A stretch of 64,000 nt of DNA from positions 17,546,001 to 17,610,000 of the forward strand of contig OZ024760.1 in the NCBI GenBank assembly GCA_964016885.1, read 5' to 3'. The translations under genes were made by a program, and so were the position numbers. Under the pieces are notes generated by a model, which saw only the letters and a list, made by a program, of their open reading frames with translations, searched no databases and was not told the DNA's origin. The stretch's first letter is position 1. Every line of letters starts with the position of its first letter. This stretch comes from Eledone cirrhosa (taxonomy: Eukaryota). Positions 23,301 through 36,600 of this stretch are shown here, in pieces.

Positions 23301-26300
23301 GGAGATAATTTGTAAAAAAAAATCAGGGGGAGATAATTTGTAAAAAAAATCAAGGGGAGATAATTTCCAGCCGTCCAAGGGGAGATAATTTTCAGCCGTC
23401 CAAGGGGAGATAATCTCCCGCCAGCCAAGGGGAGATAATATTTAAAAAAATCTGGCGGAGATAATTTGTAAAAAAAATCAGGGGGAGATAATTTGTAAAA
23501 AAATCAGGGGGAGATAATTTGTAAAAAAAAATCAGGGGTAGATAATTTGTAAAAAAAAATCAGGGGAGATAATTTGTAAAAAAAAATCAGGGGGAGATAA
23601 TTTGTAAAAAAAATCAAGGGGAGATAATTTGTAAAAAAAATCAAGGGGAGATAATTTCCAGCCGTCCAAGGGGAGATAATTTTCAGCCGTCCAAGGAGAG
23701 GTAATTTCAAGCCGTCCAAGGGGAGATAATTTCCAGCCGTCCAAGGGGAGATAATTTCCAGCCGTCCAAGGGGAGATAATTTCCAGCCGTCCAAGTGTAG
23801 ATAATATCCAGCCGTCCAAGGAGACATATTTGCCAGCCGTCCAAGGAGAGGTAATTTCTAGCCGTCCAAAGGGAGATAAATTCCAGCCTCCAAGGGGAGA
23901 TAATTTCCAGCCAGCCAAGGGGAGATAATTTGTAAAAAAATCAGGGGGAGATAATTTGTAAAAAAAATCAGGGGGAGATAATTTGTAAAAAAAAATCAGG
24001 GGGAGATAATTTGTAAAAAAAAATCAGGGGGAGATAATTTGTAAAAAAAAATCAGGGGGAGATAATTTGTAAAAAAAATCAAGGGGAGATAATTTCCACC
24101 CGTCCAAGGGGAGATAATTTTCAGCCGTCCAAGGGGAGATAATTTCCCGCCAGCCAAGGGAAGATAATATTTAAAAAAATCAGGCGGAGATAATTTGTAA
24201 AAAAAATCAGGGGGAGATAATTTGTAAAAAAATCAGGGGAGATAATTTGTAAAAAAAAATCAGGTGTAGATAATTTGTAAAAAAAAATCAGGGGGAGATA
24301 ATTTGTAAAAAAAAATCAGGGGGAGATAATTTGTAAAAAAAATCAAGGGGAGATAATTTGTAAAAAAAATCAAGGGGAGATAATTTCCAGCGGTCCAAGG
24401 GAAGATAATTTTTTAAAAAATCAGGCGGAGATTGTAAAAAAAATCAGGGGGAGGTAATTTGTAAAAAAAAATCACGGGGAGATAATTTGTAAAAAAAATC
24501 AGGGGGAGATAATTTGTAAAAAAAAATCAGGGGGAGATAATTTGTAAAAAAAATCAAGGGGAGATAATTTGCAGCCGTCCAAGGGGAGATAATTTTCAGC
24601 CGTCCAAGGAGAGGTAATTTCTAGCCGTCCAAGGGGAGATAATTTCCAGCCGTCCAAGGGGAGATAATTTCCAGCCGTCCAAGGGAAGATAATTTTTTTA
24701 AAAAAATCAGGCGGAGATAATTTGTAAAAAAAAAATCAGGGGGAGATAATTTGTAAAAAAAAATCAGGGGGAGATAATTTGTAAAAAAAAATCAGGGGGA
24801 GATAATTTGTAAAAAAAATCAAGGGGAGAAAATTTCCAGCCGTCCAAGGGAAGATAATTTCCAGCCCTCCAAGGGGCTATAATTTCCAGCCGTCCAAGGG
24901 GAGGTAATATCTAGCCGTCCAAGGGGAGATAATTTCCAGCCGTCCAAGGGGAGATAATTTCCAGCCGTTCAAGGGTAGATAATATCCAGCCGTCCAAGGA
25001 GACATATTTTCCAGCCGTCCAAGGAGAGGTAATTTCTAGCCGTCCAAAGGGAGATAATTTCCAGCCGTCCAAGGGGAGATAATTTCCAGCCGTCCAAGGG
25101 TAGATAATATCCAGCCGTCCAAGGAGACATATTTTCCAGCCGTCCAAGGAGAGGTAATTTCTAGCCGTCCAAAGGGAGATAAATTCCAGCCTCCAAGGGG
25201 AGATAATTTCCAGCCAGCCAAGGGGAGATAATTTGTAAAAAAATCAGGGGGAGATAATTTGTAAAAAAAATCAGGGGGAGATAATTTGTAAAAAAAAATC
25301 AGGGGGAGATAATTTGTAAAAAAAAGTCAGGGGGAGATAATTTGTAAAAAAAAATCAGGGGGAGATAATTTGTAAAAAAAATCAAGGGGAGATAATTTCC
25401 AGCCGTCCAAGGGGAGATAATTTTCAGCCGTCCAAGGGGAGATAATTTCCCGCCAGCCAAGGGAAGATAATATTTAAAAAAATCAGGCGGAGATAATTTG
25501 TAATAAAAATCAGGGGGAGATAATTTGTAAAAAAATCAGGGGGAGATAATTTGTAAAAAAAAATCAGGGGTAGATAATTTGTAAAAAAAAATAAGGGGGA
25601 GACAATTTGTAAAAAAAAATCAGGGGGAGATAATTTGTAAAAAAAATCAAGGGGAGATAATTTGTAAAAAAAATCAAGGGGAGATAATTTCCAGCCGTCC
25701 AAGGGGAGATAATTTTCAGCCGTCCAAGGAGAGGTAATTTCAAGCCGTCCAAGGGGAGATAATTTCCAGCCGTCCAAGGGGAGATAATTTCCAGCCGTCC
25801 AAGGGGAGATAATTTTAAAAAAAAAATCAGGCGGAGATAATTTGTAAAAAAAATCAGGGGGAGATAATTTGTAAAAAAAAATCAGGGGGAGATAATTTGT
25901 AAAAAAAAATCAGGGGGAGATAATTTGTAAAAAAAATCAAGGGGAGATAATTTCCAGCCGTCCAAGGGGAGATAATTTTCAGCCGTCCAAGGGGAGATAA
26001 TTTCCCGCCAGCCAAGGGAAGATAATATTTAAAAAAATCAGGATGATAATTTGTAAAAAAAATCAGGGGGAGATAATTTGTAAAAAAAAACAGGGGGAGA
26101 TAATTTGTAAAAAAAATCAGGGGGAGATAATTTGTAAAAAAAATCAAGTGGAGATAATTTGTAAAAAAAATCAAGGGGAGATAATTTCCAGCCGTCCAAG
26201 GGGAGATAATTTTCAGCCGTCCAAGGAGAGGTAATTTCAAGCCGTCCAAGGGGAGATAATTTCCAGCCGTCCAAAGGGAGATAATTTCCAGCCGTCCAAG

Positions 26301-28581
26301 GGTAGATAATTTCCAGCCGTCCAAGGGTAGATAAAATCCAGCCGTCCAAGGAGACATATTTGCCAGCCGTCCAAGGAGAGGTAATTTCTAGCCGTCCAAA
26401 GGGAGATAAATTCCAGCCTCCAAGGGGAGATAATTTTCAGCCAGCCAAGGGGAGATAATTTGTAAAAAAATCAGGGGGAGATAATTTGTAAAAAAAATCA
26501 GGGGGAGATAATTTGTAAAAAAAAATCAGGGGGAGATAATTTGTAAAAAAAAATCAGGGGGAGATAATTTGTAAAAAAAATCAAGGGGAGATAATTTCCA
26601 GCCGTCCAAGGGGAGATAATTTTCAGCCGTCCAAGGGGAGATAATTTCCCGCCAGCCAAGGGAAGATAATATTTTAAAAAATCAGGGGGAGATAATTTGT
26701 AAAAAAAATCAAGGGGAGATAATTTGTAAAAAAAATCAAGGGGAGATAATTTCCAGCCGTCCAAGGGGAGATAATTTTCAGCCGTCCAAGGAGAGGTAAT
26801 TTCAAGCCGTCCAAGGGGAGATAATTTCCAGCCGTCCAAGGGGAGATAATTTCCAGCCGTCCAAGGGGAGATAATTTTTTTAAAAAAATCAGTTGGAGAT
26901 AATTTGTAAACAAAATCAGGGGGAGATAATTTGTAAAAAAAAATCAGGGGGAGATAATTTGTAAAAAAAAATCAGGGGGAGATAATTTGTAAAAAAAAAT
27001 CAGGGGGAGATAATTTGTAAAAAAAATCAAGGGGAGATAATTTCCAGCCGTCCAAGGGGAGATAATTTTCAGCCGTCCAAGGGGAGATAATTTCCCGCCA
27101 GCCAAGGGGAGATAATATTTAAAAAAATCAGGCGGAGATAATTTGTAAAAAAAATCAGGGGGAGATAATTTGTAAAAAAATCAGGGGGAGATAATTTGTA
27201 AAAAAAAATCAGGGGTAGATAATTTGTAAAAAAAAATCAGGGGGAGATAATTTGTAAAAAAAATCAAGGGGAGATAATTTGTAAAAAAAATCAAGGGGAG
27301 ATAATTTCCAGCCGTCCAAGGGGAGATAATTTTCAGCCGTCCAAGGAGAGGTAATTTCCAGCCGTCCAAGGGTAGATAATATCCAGCCGTCCAAGGAGAC
27401 ATATTTGCCAGCCGTCCAAGGAGAGGTAATTTCTAGCCGTCCAAAGGGAGATAAATTCCAGCCTCCAAGGGGAGATAATTTCCAGCCAGCCAAGGGGAGA
27501 TAATTTGTAAAAAAATCAGGGGGAGATAATTTGTAAAAAAAATCAGGGGGAGATAATTTGTAAAAAAAAATCAGGGGGAGATAATTTGTAAAAAAAAATC
27601 AGGGGGAGATAATTTGTAAAAAAAATCAAGGGGAGATAATTTCCACCCGTCCAAGGGGAGATAATTTTCAGCCGTCCAAGGGGAGATAATTTCCCGCCAG
27701 CCAAGGGAAGATAATATTTAAAAAAATCAGGCGGAGATAATTTGTAAAAAAAATCAGGGGGAGATAATTTGTAAAAAAATCAGGGGAGATAATTTCCAGC
27801 CGTCCAAGGGGAGGTAATATCTAGACGTCCAAGGGGAGATAATTTCCAGCCGTGCAAGGGGAGATAATTTCCAGCCGTCCAAGTTTAGATAATATCCAGC
27901 CGTCCAAGGAGACATATTTTCCAGCCGTCCAAGGAGAGGTAATTTCTAGCCGTCCAAAGGGAGATAAATTCCAGCCTCCAAGGGGAGATAATTTCCAGCC
28001 AGCCAAGGGGAGATAATTTGTAAAAAGGTCAGGGGGAGATAATTTGTAAAAAAAATCAGGGGGAGATAATTTGTAAAAAAAAATCAGGGGGAGATAATTT
28101 GTAAAAAAAATCAGGGGGAGATAATTTGTAAAAAAATCAGGGGGAGATAATTTGTAAAAAAAAATCAGGGGTAGATAATTTGTAAAAAAAAATAAGGGGG
28201 AGATAATTTGTAAAAAAAAATCAGGCGGAGATAATTTATAAAAAAAATCAAGGGGAGATAATTTGTAAAAAAAATCAAGGGGAGATAATTTCCAGCCGTC
28301 CAAGGGGAGATAATTTTCAGCCGTCCAAGGAGAGGTAATTTCAAGCCGTCCAAGGGGAGATAATTTCCAGCCGTCCAAGGGGAGATAATTTCCAGCCGTC
28401 CAAGGGGAGATAATTTTTTTAAAAAAATCAGGCGGAGATAATTTGTAAAAAAAATCAGGGGGAGATAATTTGTAAAAAAAAATCAGGGGGAGATAATTTG
28501 TAAAAAAAATCAGGGGGAGATAATTTGTAAAAAAAAATCAGGGGGAGATAATTTGTAAAAAAAATCAAGGGGAGATAATTT
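14363..28581 (+). repeat. Large higher-order repeat, copy 2 (338 bp longer than copy 1)
   Basis: Colinear with 1-13881. Similarity ends at 28581/13881 (next base C vs G). TCTAGACGTC marker at 13120 and 27820. Confidence 0.96.
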
Positions 28582-31500
28582 CCAGCCGTCCAAGGGGAGA
28601 TAATTTTCAGCCGTCCAAGGGGAGATAATTTCCCGCCAGCCAAGGGAAGATAATATTTAAAAAAATCAGGATGATAATTTGTAAAAAAAATCAGGGGGAG
28701 ATAATTTGTAAAAAAATCAGGGGGAAATAATTTGTAAAAAAAAATCAGGGGTAGATAATTTGTAAAAAAAATCAGGGGGAGATAATTTGTAAAAAAAAAT
28801 CAGGGGGAGATAATTTGTAAAAAAAATCAAGGGGAGATAATTTGTAAAAAAAATCAAGGGGAGATAATTTCCAGCCGTCCAAGGGGAGATAATTTTCAGC
28901 CGTCCAAGGAGAGGTAATTTCAAGCCGTCCAAGGGGAGATAATTTCCAGCCGTCCAAGGGGAGATAATTTCCAGCCGTCCAAGGGGAGATAATTTTTTAA
29001 AAAAAATCAGTCGGAGATAATTTGTAAAAAAAAATCAGGGGGAGATAATTTGTAAAAAAAAATCAGGGGGAGATAATTTGTAAAAAAAAATCAGGGGGAG
29101 ATAATTTGTAAAAAAAATCAAGGGGAGATAATTTCCAGCCGTCCAAGGGGAGATAATTTTCAGCCGTCCAAGGGGAGATAATTTCCCGCCAGCCAAGGGG
29201 AGATAATATTTAAAAAAATCAGGCGGAGATAATTTTTAAAAAAAAATCAGTCGGAGATAATTTGTAAAAAAAATCAGGGGGAGATAATTTGTAAAAAAAA
29301 ATCAGGGGGAGATAATTTGTAAAAAAAAATCAGGGGGAGATAATTTGTAAAAAAAATCAGGGGGAGATAATTTGTAAAAAAATCAGGGGGAGATAATTTG
29401 TAAAAAAAAATCAGGGGTAGATAATTTGTAAAAAAAAATCAGGGGAGATAATTTGTAAAAAAAATCAGGGGGAGATAATTTGTAAAAAAAATCAAGGGGA
29501 GATAATTTGTAAAAAAGATCAAGGGGAGATAATTTCCAGCCGTCCAAGGGGAGATAATTTCCAGCCGTCCAAGGGGAGATAATTTCCAGCCGTCCAAGTG
29601 TAGATAATATCCAGCCGTCCAAGGAGACATATTTGCCAGCCGTCCAAGGAGAGGTAATTTCTAGCCGTCCAAAGGGAGATAAATTCCAGCCTCCAAGGGG
29701 AGATAATTTCCAGCCAGCCAAGGGGAGATAATTTGTAAAAAAATCAGGGGGAGATAATTTGTAAAAAAAATCAGGGGGAGATAATTTGTAAAAAAAAATC
29801 AGAGGAAGATAATTTGTAAAAAAAAATCAGGGGGAGATAATTTGTAAAAAAAAATCAGGGGGAGATAATTTGTAAAAAAAATCAAGGGGAGATAATTTCC
29901 ACCCGTCCAAGGGGAGATAATTTTCAGCCGTCCAAGGGGAGATAATTTCCCGCCAGCCAAGGGAAGATAATATTTAAAAAAATCAGGCGGAGATAATTTG
30001 TAAAAAAAATCAGGGGGACATAATTTGTAAAAAAATCAGGGGAGATAATTTGTAAAAAAAAATCAGGGGTAGATAATTTGTAAAAAAAAATCAGGGGGAG
30101 ATAATTTGTAAAAAAAAATCAGGGGGAGATAATTTGTAAAAAAAATCAAGGGGAGATAATTTGTAAAAAAAATCAAGGGGAGATAATTTCCAGCCGTCCA
30201 AGGGAAGATAATTTTTAAAAAAATCAGGCGGAGATTGTAAAAAAAATCAGGGGGAGGTAATTTGTAAAAAAAAATCAGGGGGAGATAATTTGTAAAAAAA
30301 ATCAGGGGTAGATAATTTGTAAAAAAAATCAGGGGGAGATAATTTGTAAAAAAAAATCAGGGGGAGATAATTTGTAAAAAAAATCAAGGGGAGATAATTT
30401 GCAGCCGTCCAAGGGGAGATAATTTTCAGCCGTCCAAGGAGAGGTAATTTCTAGCCGTCCAAGGGGAGATAATTTCCAGCCGTCCAAGGGGAGATAATTT
30501 CCAGCCGTCCAAGGGAAGATAATTTTTTTAAAAAAATCAGGCGGAGATAATTTGTAAAAAAAAAATCAGGGGGAGATAATTTGTAAAAAAAAATCAGGGG
30601 GAGATAATTTGTAAAAAAAAATCAGGGCGAGATAATTTGTAAAAAAATCAAGGGGAGAAAATTTCCAGCCGTCCAAGGGAAGATAATTTCCAGCCCTCCA
30701 AGGGGCTATAATTTCCAGCCGTCCAAGGGGAGGTAATATCTAGCCGTCCAAGGGGAGATAATTTCCAGCCGTCCAAGGGGAGATAATTTCCAGCCGTTCA
30801 AGGGTAGATAATATCCAGCCGTCCAAGGAGACATATTTTCCAGCCGTCCAAGCAGAGGTAATTTCTAGCCGTCCAAAGGGAGATAATTTCCAGCCGTCCA
30901 AGGGGAGATAATTTCCAGCCGTCCAAGGGTAGATAATATCCAGCCGTCCAAGGAGACATATTTTCCAGCCGTCCAAGGAGAGGTAATTTCTAGCCGTCCA
31001 AAGGGAGATAATTTCCAGCCAGCCAAGGGAAGATAATATTTAAAAAAATCAGGCGGAGATAATTTGTAAAAAAAATCAGGGGGAGATAATTTGTAAAAAA
31101 ATCAGGGGGAGGTAATTTGTAAAAAAAAAATCAGGGGTAGATAATTTGTAAAAAAAAATAAGGGGGAGATAATTTGTAAAAAAAAATCAGGGGGAGATAA
31201 TTTGTAAAAAAAATCAAGGGGAGATAATTTGTAAAAAAAATCAAGGGGAGATAATTTCCAGCCGTCCAAGGGGAGATAATTTTCAGCCATCCAAGGAGAG
31301 GTAATTTCAAGCCGTCCAAGGGGAGATAATTTCCAGCCGTCCAAGGGGAGATAATTTTTTTTAAAAAATCAGGCGGAGATAATTTGTAAAAAAAATCAGG
31401 GGGAGATAATTTGTAAAAAAAAATCAGGGGGAGATAATTTGTAAAAAAAAATCAGGGGGAGATAATTTGTAAAAAAAATCAGGGGGAGATAATTTGTAAA

Positions 31501-33699
31501 AAAAATCAAGGGGAGATAATTTCCAGCCGTCCAAGGGGAGATAATTTTCAGCCGTCCAAGGGGAGATAATTTCCCGCCAGCCAAGGGAAGATAATATTTA
31601 AAAAAATCAGGATGATAATTTGTAAAAAAAATCAGGGGGAGATAATTTGTAAAAAAATCAGGGGGAGATAATTTGTAAAAAAAAATCAGGTGTAGATAAT
31701 TTGTAAAAAAAAATCAGGGGGAGATAATTTGTAAAAAAAAATCAGGGGGAGATAATTTGTAAAAAAAATCAAGGGGAGATAATTTCCAGCCGTCCAAGGG
31801 GAGATAATTTTCAGCCGTCCAAGGAGAGGTAATTTCAAGCCGTCCAAGGGGAGATAATTTCCAGCCGTCCAAGGGGAGATAATTTCCAGCCGTCCAAGGG
31901 TAGATAATTTCCAGCCGTCCAAGGGTAGATAAAATCCAGCCGTCCAAGGAGACATATTTGCCAGCCGTCCAAGGAGAGGTAATTTCTAGCCGTCCAAAGG
32001 GAGATAAATTCCAGCCTCCAAGGGGAGATAATTTCCAGCCAGCCAAGGGGAGATAATTTGTAAAAAAATCAGGGGGAGATAATTTGTAAAAAAAATCAGG
32101 GGGAGATAATTTGTAAAAAAAAATCAGGGGGAGATAATTTGTAAAAAAAAATCAGGGGGAGATAATTTGTAAAAAAAGTCAAGGGGAGATAATTTCCAGC
32201 CGTCCAAGGGGAGATAATTTTCAGCCGTCCAAGGGGAGATAATTTCCCGCCAGCCAAGGGAAGATAATATTTAAAAAAATCAGGGGGAGATAATTTGTAA
32301 AAAAAATCAAGGGGAGATAATTTGTAAAAAAAATCAAGGGGAGATAATTTCCAGCCGTCCAAGGGGAGATAATTTTCAGCCGTCCAAGGAGAGGTAATTT
32401 CAAGCCGTCCAAGGGGAGATAATTTCCAGCCGTCCAAGGGGAGATAATTTCCAGCCGTCCAAGGGGAGATAATTTTCAGCCGTCCAAGGGGAGATAATTT
32501 CCCGCCAGCCAAGGGGAGATAATATTTAAAAAAATCAGGCGGAGATAATTTGTAAAAAAAATCAGGGGGAGATAATTTGTAAAAAAATCAGGGGGAGATA
32601 ATTTGTAAAAAAAAATCAGGGGTAGATAATTTGTAAAAAAAAATCAGGGGAGATAATTTATAAAAAAAAATCAGGGGGAGATAATTTGTAAAAAAAATCA
32701 AGGGTATATAATTTGTAAAAAAAATCAAGGGGAGATAATTTCCAGCCGTCCAAGGGGAGATAATTTTCAGCCGTCCAAGGAGAGGTAATTTCCATCCGTC
32801 CAAGGGTAGATAATATCCAGCCGTCCAAGGAGACATATTTGCCAGCCGTCCAAGGAGAGGTAATTTCTAGCCGTCCAAAGGGAGATAAATTCCAGCCTCC
32901 AAGGGGAGATAATTTCCAGCCAGCCAAGGGGAGATAATTTGTAAAAAAATCAGGTGGAGATAATTTGTAAAAAAAATCAGGGGGAGATAATTTGTAAAAA
33001 AAAATCAGGGGGAGATAATTTGTAAAAAAAAATCAGGGGGAGATAATTTGTAAAAAAAATCAAGGGGAGATAATTTCCACCCGTCCAAGGGGAGATAATT
33101 TTCAGCCGTCCAAGGGGAGATAATTTCCTGCCAGCCAAGGGAAGATAATATTTAAAAAAATCAGGCGGAGATAATTTGTAAAAAAAATCAGGGGGAGATA
33201 ATTTGTAAAAAAATCAGGGGAGATAATTTCCAGCCGTCCAAGGGGAGGTAATATCTAGCCGTCCAAGGGGAGATAATTTCCAGCCGTGCAAGGGGAGATA
33301 ATTTCCAGCCGTCCAAGTTTAGATAATATCCAGCCGTCCAAGGAGACATATTTTCCAGCCGTCCAAGGAGAGGTAATTTCTAGCCGTCCAAAGGGAGATA
33401 AATTCCAGCCTCCAAGGGGAGATAATTTCCAGCCAGCCAAGGGAAGATAATTTGTAAAAAAAATCAAGGGGAGATAATTTGTAAAAAAAATCAAGGGGAG
33501 ATAATTTCCAGCCGTCCAAGGGGAGATAATTTTCAGCCGTCCAAGGAGAGGTAATTTCAAGCCGTCCAAGGGGAGATAATTTCCAGCCGTCCAAGGGGAG
33601 ATAATTTCCAGCCGTCCAAGGGGAGATAATTTCCAGCCGTCCAAGGGTAGATAAAATCCAGCCGTCCAAGGAGACATATTTGCCAGCCGTCCAAGGAGA

Positions 33700-36600
33700 G
33701 GTAATTTCTAGCCGTCCAAAGGGAGATAAATTCCAGCCTCCAAGGGGAGATAATTTCCAGCCAGCCAATGGGAGATAATTTGTAAAAAAATCAGGGGGAG
33801 ATAATTTGTAAAAAAAATCAGGGGGACATAATTTGTAAAAAAAAATCAGGGGGAGATAATTTGTAAAAAAAAATCAGGGGGAGATAATTTGTAAAAAAAA
33901 ATCAGCGGGAGATAATTTGTAAAAAATATCAAGGGGAGATAATTTCCAGCCGTCCAAGGGGAGATAATTTTCAGCCGTCCAAGGGGAGATAATTTCCCGC
34001 CAGCCAAGGGAAGATAATATTTAAAAAAATCAGGGGTAGATAATTTGTAAAAAAATCAAGGGGAGATAATTTGTAAAAAAAATCAAGGGGAGATAATTTC
34101 CAGCCGTCCAAGGGGAGATAATTTTCAGCCGTTCAAGGGGAGATAATTTCCCGCCAGCCAAGGGAAGATAATATTTAAAAAAATCAGGGGGAGATAATTT
34201 GTAAAAAAAATCAAGGGGAGATAATTTGTAAAAAAAATCAAGGGGAGATAATTTCCAGCCGTTCAAGGGGAGATAATTTCCAGCCGTCCAAGGGGAGATA
34301 ATTTTTTAAAAAAAATCAGTCGGAGATAATTTGTAAAAAAAATCAGGGGGAGATAATTTGTAAAAAAAAATCAGGGGGAGATAATTTGTAAAAAAAAATC
34401 AGGGGGAGATAATTTGTAAAAAAAAATCAGGGAGAGATAATTTGTAAAAAAAAATCAGGGGGAGATAATTTGTAAAAAAATCAGGGGGAGATAATTTGTA
34501 AAAAAAATCAGGGGTAGATAATTTGTAAAAAAAAATCAGGGGAGATAATTTGTAAAAAAAAATCAGGGGGAGATAATTTGTAAAAAAAATCAAGGGGAGA
34601 TAATTTGTAAAAAAAATCAAGGGGAGATAATTTCCAGCCGTCCAAGGGGAGATAATTTTCAGCCGTCCAAGGGGAGATAATTTTCAGCCGTCCAAGGGGA
34701 GATAATTTCCCGCCAGCCAAGGGGAGATAATATTTAAAAAAATCAGGCGGAGATAATTTGTAAAAAAAATCAGGGGGAGATAATTTGTAAAAAAATCAGG
34801 GGGAGATAATTTGTAAAAAAAATCAGGGGTAGATAATTTGTAAAAAAAAATCAGGGGAGATAATTTGTAAAAAAAAATCAGGGGGAGATAATTTGTAAAA
34901 AAAATCAAGGGGAGATAATTTGTAAAAAAAATCAAGGGGAGATAATTTCCAGCCGTCCAAGGGGAGATAATTTTCAGCCGTCCAAGGAGAGGTAATTTCA
35001 AGCCGTCCAAGGGGAGATAATTTCCAGCCGTCCAAGGGGAGATAATTTCCAGCCGTCCAAGGGGAGATAATTTCCAGCCGTCCAAGTGTAGATAATATCC
35101 AGCCGTCCAAGGAGACATATTTGCCAGCCGTCCAAGGAGAGTTAATTTCTAGCCGTCCAAAGGGAGATAAATTCCAGCCTCCAAGGGGAGATAATTTCCA
35201 GCCAGCCAAGGGGAGATAATTTGTAAAAAAATCAGGGGGAGATAATTTGTAAAAAAAAATCAGGGGGAGATAATTTGTAAAAAAAATCAAGGGGAGATAA
35301 TTTCCAGCCGTCCAAGGGGAGATAATTTTCAGCCGTCCAAGGGGAGATAATTTCCCGCCAGCCAAGGGAAGATAATATTAAAAAAAATCAGGGGGAGATA
35401 ATTTGTAAAAAAAATCAAGGGGAGATAATTTGTAAAAAAAATCAAGGGGAGATAATTTCCAGCCGTCCAAGGGGAGATAATTTTCAGCCGTCCAAGGAGA
35501 GGTAATTTCAAGCCGTCCAAGGGGAGATAATTTCCAGCCGTCCAAGGGGAGATAATTTCCAGCCGTCCAAGGGGAGATAATTTTTTTAAAAAAATCAGTC
35601 GGAGATAATTTGTAAAAAAAATCAGGGGGAGATAATTTGTAAAAAAAAATCAGGGGGAGATAATTTGTAAAAAAAAATCAGGGGGAGATAATTTGTAAAA
35701 AAAAATCAGGGGGAGATAATTTGTAAAAAAAATCAAGGGGAGATAATTTCCAGCCGTCCAAGGGGAGATAATTTTCAGCCGTCCAAGGGGAGATAATTTC
35801 CCGCCAGCCAAGGGGAGATAATATTTAAAAAAATCAGGCGGAGATAATTTGTAAAAAAAATCAGGGGGAGATAATTTGTAAAAAAATCAGGGGGAGATAA
35901 TTTGTAAAAAAAAATCAGGGGTAGATAATTTGTAAAAAAAAAATCAGGGGAGATAATTTGTAAAAAAAAATCAGGGGGAGATAATTTGTAAAAAAAATCA
36001 AGGGGAGATAATTTGTAAAAAAAATCAAGGGGAGATAATTTTCAGCCGTCCAAGGAGAGGTAATTTCCAGCCGTCCAAGGGTAGATAATATCCAGCCGTC
36101 CAAGGAGACATATTTGCCAGCCGTCCAAGGAGAGGTAATTTCTAGCCGTCCAAAGGGAGATAAATTCCAGCCTCCAAGGGGAGATAATTTCCAGCCAGCC
36201 AAGGGGAGATAATTTGTAAAAAAATCAGGGGGAGATAATTTGTAAAAAAAATCAGGGGGAGATAATTTGTAAAAAAAAATCAGGGGGAGATAATTTGTAA
36301 AAAAAAATCAGGGGGAGATAATTTGTAAAAAAAAATCAGGGGGAGATAATTTGTAAAAAAAATCAAGGGGAGATAATTTCCACCCGTCCAAGGGGAGATA
36401 ATTTTCAGCCGTCCAAGGGGAGATAATTTCCCGCCAGCCAAGGGAAGATAATATTTAAAAAAATCAGGCGGAGATAATTTGTAAAAAAAATCAGGGGGAG
36501 ATAATTTGTAAAAAAATCAGGGGAGATAATTTCCAGCCGTCCAAGGGGAGGTAATATCTAGCCGTCCAAGGGGAGATAATTTCCAGCCGTGCAAGGGGAG

